Part shown: piece by piece, positions 9,402-20,033 of the stretch
Layout of the letters: each line of letters begins with the position of its first letter
Numbering within the stretch: position 1 is the first letter of the stretch
Assembly (NCBI GenBank): GCA_963803145.1
Contig: CAWDLW010000012.1
Coordinates: 160,001-224,000 of the forward strand
Length of the DNA: 64,000 bases
Direction: 5' to 3'
Source of the DNA: Methanotrichaceae archaeon
Lineage (GTDB): Archaea > Halobacteriota > Methanosarcinia > Methanotrichales > Methanotrichaceae
Notes under the pieces: generated by a model
Seen by the model: only the letters and a program-made list of their open reading frames with translations
Databases searched by the model: none
Told to the model about the DNA's origin: nothing
Made by a program: the position numbers and the translations under genes

Positions 9402-11393
9402 CTATTCCTTCAGATATCGGTCAAACCAGCGCAACATATGGCTCCATACGGCGACCTGGCGGTCAACCCGCCGCGGAAAGTGTGACTCTTCAGGCAGGAG
9501 CAGCATTTCAGTATCAACTCTCTGCCTTCTCAGCGCCGTGAAGACCTGCTCCGCCTGTTCCGGACAACAGCGATAATCACCTTCACTGTGGATGATCAAC
9601 GTGGGTGTTCTGGCATTGCCGATGTACTTCATAGGGGAGTATCGCCAGTAATCATCAAAATCATTCCAGGGTGTTCTACACCAACCAACACCTTGCTCCG
9701 CTATAAACCAAAGGTCCAATGTGCCGTACCAACTAACCCAGTTGCTGAGACTCGATATGGGAACGGCGGCTTTGAAGCGGTTAGTGTGGCCGATTATCCA
9801 ATTGCTCATATAGCCACCGTAGCTGATTCCGCTGACCCCCATTCTTTCCCTGTCTACGTAGGGCTTCTTCTCAAAAGCATCAACCCATGCCATCAGGTCA
9901 TCGTAGCAGGCCCAAGGCCCGACGTTTTCGACAGCGTTCCGGCATTCTTTGCCGTATCCCATACTCCCCCTAGGATTGCAGTAAGTGACCACATACCCAT
10001 TAGCCGCCAAGAATTGGCTATGAAACGTAAACAGGTAGCCCCATTGTGTTGGAGCGCCGTGGATCAACAGCACCAGGGGGTATTTCTTTGTCTCGTCAAA
10101 GTCTGGAGGCTTGAGAACCCAGCCCTGCAGCTCGTTACCTGATGGCCCTAGCATCCGGACCTCCTCAATCTCTCCGAGCTTGCGAGCAGAGAGCAAGTCG
10201 GCATTTATGCCGGTAAGCTGGCATGACTTGCCAGTGGTCATATCCCTGACCCAGACGTCCGCGGGGTTCTTCTCATCTCCCCAGATATAGGCCAGCCTTT
10301 CTCCCTTCTTGTCCAGAGTGAAACCCACCACAGCCCCTTTGTCACCGACGATAGTTTCCAGCTTGCTCCCATTGCGGCCTACGGCAATCGACACGAGGCT
10401 CTGTTTGCCGTGGTCATCCACCTCAAAGTAGAGGAGACCGCTGTCCTGAGACCAAGTAGGTGGCGTGGTGGGGGCTATAAGAATCCCGGCGACATCGCTT
10501 AAAATCCAATTGCCCACCTCAACATCAAACGGCTCCGTAACCTTCTGCGCCTTACCAGTGCCGTCTGCTGGCACGATCCATACGGCAGGTTGTCTCTTCT
10601 CTTTGTGGTACTGAATATCTACGAGATCCATATCACAGTAATATGCTAGCCATCTGCCATCAGGTGAGTACGATAGACCATCTTTCTGCCCTTGAGGCGT
10701 TTCCAGCTTGCGGAGGTCTCCATCTGAGACCTTCATCATGTAGATATCATTATCGTATGGAGTCAGGTCCGGCTCTGGGCTGCGATTTGATATGAAGGCT
10801 ATCTCCCTGCCATCCGGTGACCAGCACGGCGATAGGTTCTGATGGTCGTCACCCTCGGTCAGCTGTCTGGCTCCTCCGGTAGCAGCATCAACGAGCCAGA
10901 TATGGTAGCGCTCTGTCGGCAGGAAGCCCTCTACCATATCTTTGTAGACGAGTCGCGTGATCAAGCGCACCACGGGCACTTTAGGGCCCTCGCCTTCCTT
11001 ACGGAACGCGAGAACGATTTGCCGACCTTCAGGAGACCACTGGAAGCTACCTATTGAGCCATTCATATCAGTCAGTGGCCTGGCGTCACCTCCGGACATA
11101 GGAATGGTGCATAGCTGCATGTTGCCAGGGCCTCTCAAAGACAGGAATGCAATTTCTTTGCCACTGGGAGACCACCGCGGCATCGTGTTAAAACCACCAC
11201 TTGTCAATCGCCGGGCCAGCCCTCCTGCGGTTGGCACGAGCCAGATGTCAGCAAGCCTCCCCAGCGCTTCTTTGCTCACATTTAGGACACAGTACGCAAC
11301 TTGGCTTCCGTCCGGCGATATCTCGGGGTTGGAGACTACCTTGAGTTGGTACAGATCTTCTGGACTGATATTCGTGCTAACATTATCTGCCAA
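9402..11393 (-). CDS. S9 family serine peptidase (acylaminoacyl/dipeptidyl peptidase, beta-propeller plus hydrolase)
   Basis: WSPxG PD40-like repeats; GISYGG nucleophile, EGDYRC, EESH. Confidence 0.9.
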   Translation of the reverse strand: MADNVSTNISPEDLYQLKVVSNPEISPDGSQVAYCVLNVSKEALGRLADIWLVPTAGGLARRLTSGGFNTMPRWSPSGKEIAFLSLRGPGNMQLCTIPMSGGDARPLTDMNGSIGSFQWSPEGRQIVLAFRKEGEGPKVPVVRLITRLVYKDMVEGFLPTERYHIWLVDAATGGARQLTEGDDHQNLSPCWSPDGREIAFISNRSPEPDLTPYDNDIYMMKVSDGDLRKLETPQGQKDGLSYSPDGRWLAYYCDMDLVDIQYHKEKRQPAVWIVPADGTGKAQKVTEPFDVEVGNWILSDVAGILIAPTTPPTWSQDSGLLYFEVDDHGKQSLVSIAVGRNGSKLETIVGDKGAVVGFTLDKKGERLAYIWGDEKNPADVWVRDMTTGKSCQLTGINADLLSARKLGEIEEVRMLGPSGNELQGWVLKPPDFDETKKYPLVLLIHGAPTQWGYLFTFHSQFLAANGYVVTYCNPRGSMGYGKECRNAVENVGPWACYDDLMAWVDAFEKKPYVDRERMGVSGISYGGYMSNWIIGHTNRFKAAVPISSLSNWVSWYGTLDLWFIAEQGVGWCRTPWNDFDDYWRYSPMKYIGNARTPTLIIHSEGDYRCCPEQAEQVFTALRRQRVDTEMLLLPEESHFPRRVDRQVAVWSHMLRWFDRYLKE

Positions 11394-11574
11394 GTTTTTC
11401 CCTCCTCATTTTTTCAAAATTGTTTAGTATTTCCTATATGTTAGATAGAGTGTTGGTTAGGTAAATAGCAATTCCAATAACAATTTACCTTATGCTTTCG
11501 ATTGATCATCGACCATAGTTCAGGCCAGATAACTATTTGATATACTGATAGAGCCTAAGGGCTGAAAAGGTGGT

Positions 11575-12129
11575 ATGATGAGATCTCATTTGATCATAGT
11601 TCTTGTAATATTGATGCTGGCAGAGATAGGTACATCTTTAGCAACCCATGAGTCTGGGAAGCTCGGACCCTATGTGGTTTCCTTCGATATGAACACGACC
11701 TCGCAGTACAAAGTCATCGTTGATCCGCCAACGAGCGGTGCTACCTCTGACGGCGCGAAGTTCACCAGATACTATCTATCTGTCGATGGCGATGACGGCT
11801 ATGCTTCTATTATTTTAACGGGATATCAGAAAAATATGTCGGATGGCATTGATGCAAACAAGGATATCGTTACATCAGCTCTCACAGCGCTAGGTGGTAC
11901 GGACTCTAAGATCTATCCATCAACGGTGGGAGTTGACGGCCAGCAGGCGGTCCTTGGAAGCTGCAAATATCCTACAGGCGAGACTATATTCATCGCGAGC
12001 TATTCCCCTGATGCAGCTCCGATGAATGGAACTTACATCGGAAAAACTGATTGCAGATTTGTATCCACCTATTCATGGGATGTGACCAGAAATCTGCTGG
12101 GCACACTCCATGTAGAAGTGCCTAAATAA
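11575..12129 (+). CDS. Secreted hypothetical protein
   Basis: Signal-peptide-like N-terminus; 184-aa ORF. Confidence 0.7.
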   Translation: MMRSHLIIVLVILMLAEIGTSLATHESGKLGPYVVSFDMNTTSQYKVIVDPPTSGATSDGAKFTRYYLSVDGDDGYASIILTGYQKNMSDGIDANKDIVTSALTALGGTDSKIYPSTVGVDGQQAVLGSCKYPTGETIFIASYSPDAAPMNGTYIGKTDCRFVSTYSWDVTRNLLGTLHVEVPK

Positions 12130-12362
12130 TCGAATAATGGTATAATAACATCTTCATGCAGTCTCGCGTGAGATCGATGACTCGCGTAATGCCCGGATAA
12201 ACGAATACAATGCATATCCTCATTCATACCACCTAAAGAGACTGAGGAGAAAAATGACCCGCAGTCATATCTATATTATACTTATCATAAAACTAGGCGC
12301 TATCTGAATATCTTGTGCATTTAGAACCAGCTTTTCCATACCTGCAACCTCGTGGAGGATTC

Positions 12363-12388
12363 ATGTAGGTATTAGATGATACCTACAT
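12363..12388. promoter_or_regulatory. Perfect 10-bp inverted repeat, operator-like
   Basis: ATGTAGGTAT-N6-ATACCTACAT just upstream of an AT-rich TATA-like stretch (about 12399-12408) preceding the 12458 ORF. Confidence 0.45.
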
Positions 12389-12457
12389 AAAAACCAGCTT
12401 TTAATATTACGGCCACGATAGGTAGTATTTGGAGGAATTGAAATTAGCAAAGTCAAG

Positions 12458-12994
12458 TTGATATTATCCATAATGGCGCTAGGAATGCTGATGGCAATTG
12501 GCGCTGCGAATGGAGAGGACCATCCATACGATGGGCCTGGAGCAGATTACCAGAATAACGCACCGATGTATGATCAATATGCACAAAACCAGTATGGGCC
12601 GGACCAATATGGGCAAGGACAATATGGGCAGGGCCAATACGGCCAGTCTGGATATAATTCCCAATACGGCTCAAGCTCTTCGAGCCAGGTGCTCACGCCG
12701 CCGACCAGCACATACAATAACTACAACTACTACGATTGGCTCTCCCCAGGAACTGCGTACTGGCCGTATTCGTATCCTGCATATTACAACTATAACTATG
12801 ATAACTACTGGTGGTATAGCCATAATCCAAAGTACTATTACACAACACCGATCAAGCACTACTACACCTGGTATCCGGCAACGTATAACTGGGATCCATG
12901 GTATGCCGCTAATGTCTACGGCTTCGGCTCTACGACCTATTACTACTCGAACAGATGGTCCTATCACAGCGGAGGATTCTTCTTCGACCCATAG
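12458..12994 (+). CDS. Secreted Tyr/Gln/Gly/Asn-rich low-complexity protein
   Basis: Signal-like N-terminus after GGAGG; QYGPD-QYGQG-QYGQG-QYGQS repeats; Tyr/Trp-rich C-half. Confidence 0.7.
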   Translation: MILSIMALGMLMAIGAANGEDHPYDGPGADYQNNAPMYDQYAQNQYGPDQYGQGQYGQGQYGQSGYNSQYGSSSSSQVLTPPTSTYNNYNYYDWLSPGTAYWPYSYPAYYNYNYDNYWWYSHNPKYYYTTPIKHYYTWYPATYNWDPWYAANVYGFGSTTYYYSNRWSYHSGGFFFDP

Positions 12995-13239
12995 GCCAGA
13001 GGATGATAAAAAGTTATTAAGCAAGATCAAGATCCAAGAACAACCGAGATCCATAGGCTTTAATATAGCGCCTGAAGGACTGCAGCCATCAGCTTTATGG
13101 ATACATAAGAGCTGGGCATAGGCTCCAGGGGGTAACCTGTGTCCGGCAAAAGGCAGTGCCCTTTAACTATTTTATTGGCATAGCAATCTTAGAGAATTGC
13201 CTATTGATCAGCCTGAAGGCAGGATCGGTTTTTCATCAT

Positions 13240-13626
13240 TTATTCTGCTTTGAAGAAACGCCAATCGTCAGTCTCCAAAGCTTCTCTAAGCTTCTGTTTT
13301 ATCTCGTGAGGAAGCGGATAATTTCCGCTCTTGTCGCAGATCGCACTTATCAGATCTTCATGACTTACGCCCAAGAGATCATGATCTAGGGCGAATGAGG
13401 CCGTAACTTCATCGCGCTCTGCAGTTATGACCGTGATCATCAGTCTGGCTCTATCCTCCAGGCAGTTGATAAAAAAATAGGACATTCCACGAAGATCGGC
13501 TAGGTTACTACATAGTGATCTGTAGTCCTCAACGGATCTGACCTGAGTTAACCTAAATGCCTCAAGAAGTGGCAAATCGAACCTGATCTTTTTTGGATCG
13601 AAGATGACCTTTTCTCTAGGGGGCAT
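13240..13626 (-). CDS. Hypothetical protein
   Basis: 128-aa ORF with globular composition; no recognised motif. Confidence 0.6.
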   Translation of the reverse strand: MPPREKVIFDPKKIRFDLPLLEAFRLTQVRSVEDYRSLCSNLADLRGMSYFFINCLEDRARLMITVITAERDEVTASFALDHDLLGVSHEDLISAICDKSGNYPLPHEIKQKLREALETDDWRFFKAE

Positions 13627-13817
13627 AAGATAAATATCGTTCTCTAGCCGTATAAAAGTGCTAGTAAGCCTATGAGGATTATAATTTTGGCGTAGAGATA
13701 GACTATCTCGAAAAATTTATCTATATTCAATGCTAAAGGAACTATTATATTTCCGATCGAATTGCTTTCGTGTCATGAATTGAATATCGTTAAAGTTCAA
13801 ACTCAGGGAGATGAATT

Positions 13818-14642
13818 ATGCTGCATGCCAGAGACCTGAATGATGAGGGGGTTTCCCATTATAAACAGGGTGAATATGAGACGGCTATAGAATTCTTCGA
13901 TAAGGCTCTGAAACTGGACCCAATGCTCGCGCCTGCTTGGAGCAATCGGGGATTGGCTTTATCAGAGCTCGGCAGGTATGAGGATGGGATAGAATCATTC
14001 GAAAAGGCCCTTAAAATCAAACCCGACTATATTCTGGCATTACAGGCAAAGGGAGTTGCACTCTGCAGAGCGGGCATGGATGTAGAAGCTATAAAGGCTT
14101 ATGAAAGAGCATTGGAGATCGATCCTCAGTTCACAGCCGCCTGGATAGGCAAGGGTGTTGCACTTTATCATCTGCGTAAGGACAATGAGGCTATCGAGTG
14201 TCTTGACAAGGCTACACAGCTTGACCCCCTTGATACAATTGCCTGGGTAAATCGGGGAAGGGTCCAACATGACCTGCATAGGTTTAATGAGGCCCTCAAA
14301 TCCTATGAGAGAGCAATCGCGCTTGATCCCGATTATGCGAAGGCATGGGAGAGCAAAGGTCTTTTGCTATACGACCAGGGGGACTACGATGGAGCACTTG
14401 AAGCATACGACAAGGCACTGGAGCTCGATCCATTATTCAAAACAGCCTGGGAAGGAAAAGGGGTTGCGCTCTATGAGCTCGGAAGGTATGAAGAGGCATT
14501 AAAATGCTATGAGAGGGCTGGCGAGCTCAATCCAACAGATCCTGCCATCTGGATAAAGAAGAGCCTTACGCTGCAAGCACTGGGTAGGAATGCAGAGGCT
14601 AATGATGCAATGGAGATGGCTAGGGGGATGGGAGCCGGATAA
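13818..14642 (+). CDS. Tetratricopeptide repeat protein
   Basis: About 8 regular 34-aa repeats (AWxxKGxAL..EA..Y..AL.LDP). Confidence 0.92.
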   Translation: MLHARDLNDEGVSHYKQGEYETAIEFFDKALKLDPMLAPAWSNRGLALSELGRYEDGIESFEKALKIKPDYILALQAKGVALCRAGMDVEAIKAYERALEIDPQFTAAWIGKGVALYHLRKDNEAIECLDKATQLDPLDTIAWVNRGRVQHDLHRFNEALKSYERAIALDPDYAKAWESKGLLLYDQGDYDGALEAYDKALELDPLFKTAWEGKGVALYELGRYEEALKCYERAGELNPTDPAIWIKKSLTLQALGRNAEANDAMEMARGMGAG

Positions 14643-14818
14643 CCTTCCTGCGAGGCTATCCAAATATATTCTTTAGAACTATCTTTTTGCTTTTGTATCT
14701 CCGTGGCTTGGTTTATCATTTTTAGTCAGGCAAACCAAGAGCGTTTCACAAAGGCATAAATAGCATAAAATTGAGATTGGCAAAAAATATTAGTATCAAA
14801 AAATTATAACTCCTCTCT

Positions 14819-16156
14819 CTATCTCAGTTCTATCGTGCCAATCTCTTGCCTATCAGTCGTCAAGTTGGCGATCACTACTGAACTGTTTGTATTTCCGGCA
14901 GCATCCTTCGCCATTACCTTAACATTATCACCATCTGCAATCCATGGAGCTGTGCTGTTCGCCAGGTAATCAGCGAAATCGCAATCTATGCTGAACCAGC
15001 CAGAGGAGCTTGGATCCGCGGTCTTCACAACGCCTGTTCTCTCGTTCGTTGCAGTGATAGTAACATTAGCAGGATCTGTAGCATTGACATTTCCGATTAT
15101 CGGATGTAGCTTGTTTGTTGTGTATTCAGAGAAGCCCATTCGGTCAAAGCTGTAGCTTACGCCGTTCCTGGGCTTTAGAGATCCGTTGAACTGGGATACC
15201 TGCTCGAAGACAATATAGCTCGGCATAGGCGCTGGAAAATTCACTGGCAGAGGCACATTCTTGAGCACATTTATCATCAGCTCGAGCTTGTATTCGCCAT
15301 TGTCGGCCTCGACTTTGTAGGCAGTGGGATACATCCTCGACGTGATCTGATCTAGCGAGAAGTCTGCGTAGTTCAGCTTAACCTGAGAGCTTGAGAACTT
15401 GATTGTCTCTCCAGCGTGCTGTATTCCCAGAATGGTGTTTCTATCCTCGCCTAACACATCCCCTAGCGTCAGGCTGAAGCCATCTTTAGGATTCGATACC
15501 TGTGCCCAGTTCCACTTAGCATCATTGAATGCCCACCTGCCCCAATTGTGATCATGATAGCCGACGGCGTCTATGCTTCTCGTCTGGTTGCCCAGGATTA
15601 TGGTTCCTTTGACGGTTGCAGATGGCATATAGACCAGCCATTTCATCCAGTCGCCCTTGAGGTGGCCTACATGCATCTGAACTGGTGTAGGGAACCAGGA
15701 GCTGACTGCGATAGTATATGTAAGATCCCATGCAATAGGCGTATCTGACAGAGTATCTCTTGCAGAGCCGAATATCCTGTAGGCTGATGTATTCAGAGCA
15801 CTGAAGCCGTTTTGATCGATATCGATTGTTGGATTGCTGCGATCTCCTCCGAAGCCACGGCTGCTATGTATGCCCAAAAGAGGCGGCATGCCGTCTACAA
15901 GCACAAGTGCAATCGCCTGTATCCTCCGCTGACCGGTTAAATTATCAGGATCGCTCAGGAAGTAGTTAAAGAAGAACTGCGTATCGTTTGAAACTCCATT
16001 GAAGTACCACCATTCGTTATAGAGCTTATCATCAATGTTGTTGGCCATGTAATGATAGGCATCATCCTTTAAGGTTGGTTCTGCAGCCAAGCCACTGCAG
16101 CACGAAAAGATGAATACTGTTAATGCTGCTAATAGATAATTTTTATAAGTTCTCAT
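14819..16156 (-). CDS. Secreted lipocalin-like/CrtC-AttH-like protein
   Basis: Signal peptide; EWWYF, GYHDHNWG, WNWAQ motifs typical of the CrtC/tocopherol cyclase-like fold; C-terminal beta-rich extension. Confidence 0.65.
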   Translation of the reverse strand: MRTYKNYLLAALTVFIFSCCSGLAAEPTLKDDAYHYMANNIDDKLYNEWWYFNGVSNDTQFFFNYFLSDPDNLTGQRRIQAIALVLVDGMPPLLGIHSSRGFGGDRSNPTIDIDQNGFSALNTSAYRIFGSARDTLSDTPIAWDLTYTIAVSSWFPTPVQMHVGHLKGDWMKWLVYMPSATVKGTIILGNQTRSIDAVGYHDHNWGRWAFNDAKWNWAQVSNPKDGFSLTLGDVLGEDRNTILGIQHAGETIKFSSSQVKLNYADFSLDQITSRMYPTAYKVEADNGEYKLELMINVLKNVPLPVNFPAPMPSYIVFEQVSQFNGSLKPRNGVSYSFDRMGFSEYTTNKLHPIIGNVNATDPANVTITATNERTGVVKTADPSSSGWFSIDCDFADYLANSTAPWIADGDNVKVMAKDAAGNTNSSVVIANLTTDRQEIGTIELR

Positions 16157-16248
16157 TTAAGCGCCCTCCTTCCCTGAACCCGCGCCTGAGGACTAATGGC
16201 TTTTGTATTATTTAACAATATTTCTAGGTTCTATGCTCCTTATTATTA

Positions 16249-16677
16249 TCAATCCAAAAGTTCAACTGCTTCCTCTGCGGTCGCAGCCTTCAGCGTTCCA
16301 GGAATATCCCAGCTACCAAGGCTTATCACGCGTTTTCCCATCTTCAGGGCGAGGGCAATTTCCGAGAGAGTTCCATACTCTCCAGGCAAAGCGATAATTG
16401 CATCAGCGCTTTTTACTATTATCACATTTCTAGCATGGCCCATGCCTGTGGATATGGCTATCCCGACGCATTTATTTGCATCCCATTTTTCGCCCGGAAG
16501 TATGCCAACGGCTATGCCTCCTGCATCCTTAGCACCGCAGCAGACCGCCTCCATCACACCAGTCAGGCCGCCGCAGATCGGCGTATGGCCGTTTTCTGCA
16601 AGCAGCCGACCTAGGGTATATGCGGTCCTTTTAACCTCAGAGCTGCACTCAGCCCCACCAATTACAGCTATCTGCAT
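16249..16677 (-). CDS. LOG-like protein, TIGR00725 family
   Basis: ICGGLTGVMEA, VGILPG, TGMGHARN, PGEYGTLSEI. Confidence 0.88.
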   Translation of the reverse strand: MQIAVIGGAECSSEVKRTAYTLGRLLAENGHTPICGGLTGVMEAVCCGAKDAGGIAVGILPGEKWDANKCVGIAISTGMGHARNVIIVKSADAIIALPGEYGTLSEIALALKMGKRVISLGSWDIPGTLKAATAEEAVELLD

Positions 16678-16782
16678 TCAGCGTTCAGCCTCCTCAATTA
16701 TACGGCCATTACCGTAAATATCTATCGTCTTGCACCGTCTTTTAGCGCAAAGTATTCATATACCTCCCAAGAGTTATTTTTT

Positions 16783-19578
16783 GTGAACACATTCAGTCGG
16801 CTCTATCCCTCAATTGGAAAGATGCTAGCGGAGCAATCGATCACAGAGCCGACGCTGCCGCAAAAGCTGGCGATTCCTGAGATCTTGGATGGCAGAAACA
16901 TTCTTCTGATAGCTCCTACGGGCACCGGCAAGACTGAAGCTGCAGCTCTTCCAGTTCTCCATAAAATCCTAGCGGAGGAGCGTTCTGGAACACAGGCTAT
17001 CTATATCACGCCTCTGCGCGCCCTGAACAGGGATATGCTCAGACGTTTCGAAGAGTGGGGTGAGCGGCTGAACATATCAATCGCAGTTCGCCATGGAGAT
17101 ACAAGCAAAAGCGATAGAAGAAGACAGTCATTGAGTCCGCCTGATCTTTTGATCACTACCCCAGAAACTCTGCAGGTGATGCTCACTGGAAAGCGGCTGC
17201 GCAAAAATCTATCGAGCGTGAAGACAGTAATAGTCGATGAGATCCATGAGCTTGCATCATCAAAGAGAGGATCGCAGCTCTTTGTCCTTCTCGAGCGGCT
17301 GGTCGAGATCGCCGGCGAGTTCCAAAGGATCGGCCTGTCTGCTACTGTCGGATCGCCTGAGCAGGTTGCAAGGCTTCTTGCAGGCTCGCAAAGGCCATAT
17401 AAAATCATCAGGGCAGATATCCAGAGGGCTAGCGATTTTAAGATTGTCAGCCCTAACCCTACGCGAGCAGATTATGCTCTCGCAAGCCAGCTGGAATGCG
17501 ATCCTAGGTTAGCTGCACAGATTGGTTGGATCAGGGAGCAGGTCAAACTAAAGAAGTGTCTTATTTTCGTCAACACAAGACAGGCGGCTGAAGTTCTGGG
17601 CTCCAGGTTCAGGCTGCTTGGAGAGCCGATAGGAGTTCATCACGGGAGCCTCTCAGCCGAGACCAGGGTCGAGGCGGAGGAGGCGTTCAAAGGAGGCGCT
17701 CTTCGCGGCCTTATCTGCACATCATCAATGGAGCTTGGAATCGACATCGGTGATGTCGATCATGTCATCCAGTACAGCTCTCCTCGTGAGGTCTCAAGGC
17801 TGCTACAGCGAGTAGGTCGTTCAGGCCATAAGATAGGCCGAACGGCAGAAGGCACAATAATTGCCACATGCCCGGATGATATCGCCGAAGCATGTGCAAT
17901 TGCAAGACGAGCTGGAGAGGCAATGCTCGAAGAGATTCAGATTCACGAGAAGCCGATGGATGCTCTCGCAAATCAGATTGTAGGATTAGAGCTGGACTTC
18001 GGCGACATAAGCCTCCAGCAAGCTCATAGAATCATAACCAGGGCTTATCCCTTCCGTGACCTAACGCTTGATGAGCTGAGGAAAGTAGCAGAGCAGATAG
18101 CCGAAAGCAGACTTACACGAATTCAGGGTGATATCCTCCAGAGGACACGTAAGGCCCGCGAGTACTACTACGAGAACCTCTCGATGATTCCCGATGAGAA
18201 GAGATACAATGTCTACGACATCATCGGCCGCAAATCGATAGGAACATTGGATGAGGCATTTGTAGTCAGCTATGCCCAGCCTGGTGCAACTTTTGTAACA
18301 AAGGGCGAGATCTGGGAGATCTCGGAGATCGACGAGGACGAGATCAAGGTCATGCCTATTCAGCGCAGCGGCGAAATTCCATCCTGGAGCGGTGAAGAAA
18401 TACCTGTTCCATTCGATGTGGCACAGGAGGTAGGCAGGATAAGGGAAAGTGTCCGACTATATCTGGAATCCGATGGCAAGGATGCTGCTGTAAACTGGCT
18501 GACCGAAAGCTATCCTGTTGATCGTGAGGCTGCAGCAGAGTTTATCGATCTGATAGAGATGCAGATAAGGAAAAATCTGCCGGTCCCCGATGACAAACAT
18601 ATCGTTATTGAGGGAGGCGGCACCGAAGTTATCATAAACTCATGCTTCGGCCACAAGACAAACGATACCCTGGGAAGGGCAATAACGGCTATGCTCTCTG
18701 CAAAGTTCGGATCAAGCGTTGCTTCAGAGATAGATCCTTACAGGATAGAGCTGACATTGCCGCGTTCCGTGATCGCTGAGGAGATCGCAAAAACGATCAT
18801 GGAGCTGAAACCCGAGCATCTGGAGCCGATCCTTGAGATGACCCTCAAGAATACCACTCTGCTCAAGTGGAAGATGGTTCATATCGCCAGGAAGTTCGGA
18901 GCTCTATCTAGGGATGTGGACTTCCAGAGAATTAGCATAAACAGGCTGCTCTCAGTATTCGAGGGAACGCCAATGTACCGTGAAGCAATACGGGAAATAT
19001 ACCAGGATCGGTTAGATCTCCCCCGTGCCAGGCAAATACTCGAAGAGATTCACAAAGGCAACATCGTTATTACCACCAGCAGCCCGAGTCCAATAGGTGC
19101 CAGCGGCAGGGGAGGCGGCAGAGATGTGACGTCGCCGGAGCATGCAGATGGCGCAGTAATAGAGCTTCTGAAATCAAGGATCATGAACGATTCCGTGATA
19201 TTATTCTGCGTCAACTGCAAGAAGTGGAAGTCGCTCCGTGCAGTGGGCCGCGTTCCGGAGCAGCCTGAATGTCCCATCTGCGGCTCCAAGATGGTCGCAG
19301 CCCTCAAGCCCTGGGAAGAAGAGGAGATAAAGGTAGTCAAGAAGCCCGAAAAGAAGAAGACGCCAGAAGATCGTCGAAGGACAAAGCGGGTCTTCAGGAA
19401 TGCCAATCTTGTCTTGAGCTATGGCAAAACTGCGGCAATTGCGCTTGCGAGCCGCGGACTTGGGCCCGAGACCGCGGCAAGAGTAATCGGCAAGCTTCGA
19501 ACAGATGAGCTTGAGTTCTATCGGGATATCCTGAAGGCGGAGAGGGAGTATGCGAGGACGAAGAGGTTCTGGAGTTAA
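16783..19578 (+). CDS. lhr: Lhr-like DEAH-box helicase with C-terminal Cys4 motif
   Basis: APTGTGKT, ITPLRALNRD, DEIHE, GLSAT, HHGSLS, QRVGRSGH, WSGE; CVNC..CPIC. Confidence 0.92.
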   Translation: MNTFSRLYPSIGKMLAEQSITEPTLPQKLAIPEILDGRNILLIAPTGTGKTEAAALPVLHKILAEERSGTQAIYITPLRALNRDMLRRFEEWGERLNISIAVRHGDTSKSDRRRQSLSPPDLLITTPETLQVMLTGKRLRKNLSSVKTVIVDEIHELASSKRGSQLFVLLERLVEIAGEFQRIGLSATVGSPEQVARLLAGSQRPYKIIRADIQRASDFKIVSPNPTRADYALASQLECDPRLAAQIGWIREQVKLKKCLIFVNTRQAAEVLGSRFRLLGEPIGVHHGSLSAETRVEAEEAFKGGALRGLICTSSMELGIDIGDVDHVIQYSSPREVSRLLQRVGRSGHKIGRTAEGTIIATCPDDIAEACAIARRAGEAMLEEIQIHEKPMDALANQIVGLELDFGDISLQQAHRIITRAYPFRDLTLDELRKVAEQIAESRLTRIQGDILQRTRKAREYYYENLSMIPDEKRYNVYDIIGRKSIGTLDEAFVVSYAQPGATFVTKGEIWEISEIDEDEIKVMPIQRSGEIPSWSGEEIPVPFDVAQEVGRIRESVRLYLESDGKDAAVNWLTESYPVDREAAAEFIDLIEMQIRKNLPVPDDKHIVIEGGGTEVIINSCFGHKTNDTLGRAITAMLSAKFGSSVASEIDPYRIELTLPRSVIAEEIAKTIMELKPEHLEPILEMTLKNTTLLKWKMVHIARKFGALSRDVDFQRISINRLLSVFEGTPMYREAIREIYQDRLDLPRARQILEEIHKGNIVITTSSPSPIGASGRGGGRDVTSPEHADGAVIELLKSRIMNDSVILFCVNCKKWKSLRAVGRVPEQPECPICGSKMVAALKPWEEEEIKVVKKPEKKKTPEDRRRTKRVFRNANLVLSYGKTAAIALASRGLGPETAARVIGKLRTDELEFYRDILKAEREYARTKRFWS

Positions 19579-19926
19579 GATCGATTGCTCCTCTGATCTT
19601 GAAATCTTCAGATCCGCAGGAGAGCATATCGCTATGATCACTTTAGATTATCTCAATCGTCTATATGTTCCAATAATTCTTCACCATTAGTTTTGTGGCC
19701 CAGAGGTATGTTTTAAATCTCCCTCCTTTACTTACCGCTGGGTCATCTCTTCTCTGATCATCTAACATAGCAAGATCAATGAAGTTTGTGACTCAAGGCC
19801 GATGAAACTGATGCGCTCATATCCACGATAAAGCCCTAGGGCCATAGGCTACAGCTATATGGATATGCTTGCCTTCCAATAAGCCATTAAACCATCAAGA
19901 TAATCAGCACCCACAAGGTGCAAAAC

Positions 19927-20033
19927 ATGGTCGAAGTTGGAGATGCCGCTCCAGAGTTCTGTCTGCCGGCAGGCGACGAGCAAGAGGATGCCTTAGCTCA
20001 TACCGTGGCAGATGGGTTGCGCTTTATTTTTAA
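19927..20033 (+). pseudogene. bcp: Peroxiredoxin (BCP-type) 5' fragment
   Basis: MVEVGDAAPEFCLP.. then, after a 1-nt frameshift near 19988, CLSSYRGRWVALYF*; truncated before the catalytic region. Confidence 0.7.

Noticed and set aside
12498-13121. 207-aa alternative-frame ORF
   Set aside because: Thr/Ile-rich shadow of the Tyr/Asn codons in the 12458 gene, which has the RBS and signal peptide
13818-14642. Diversity-generating retroelement or TPR-shuffling system
   Set aside because: No reverse transcriptase and no near-identical template/variable repeat pair seen among the TPR genes
16196-16717. 173-aa plus-strand ORF (and similar antisense ORFs throughout the track)
   Set aside because: Antisense to a well-supported gene; no motif
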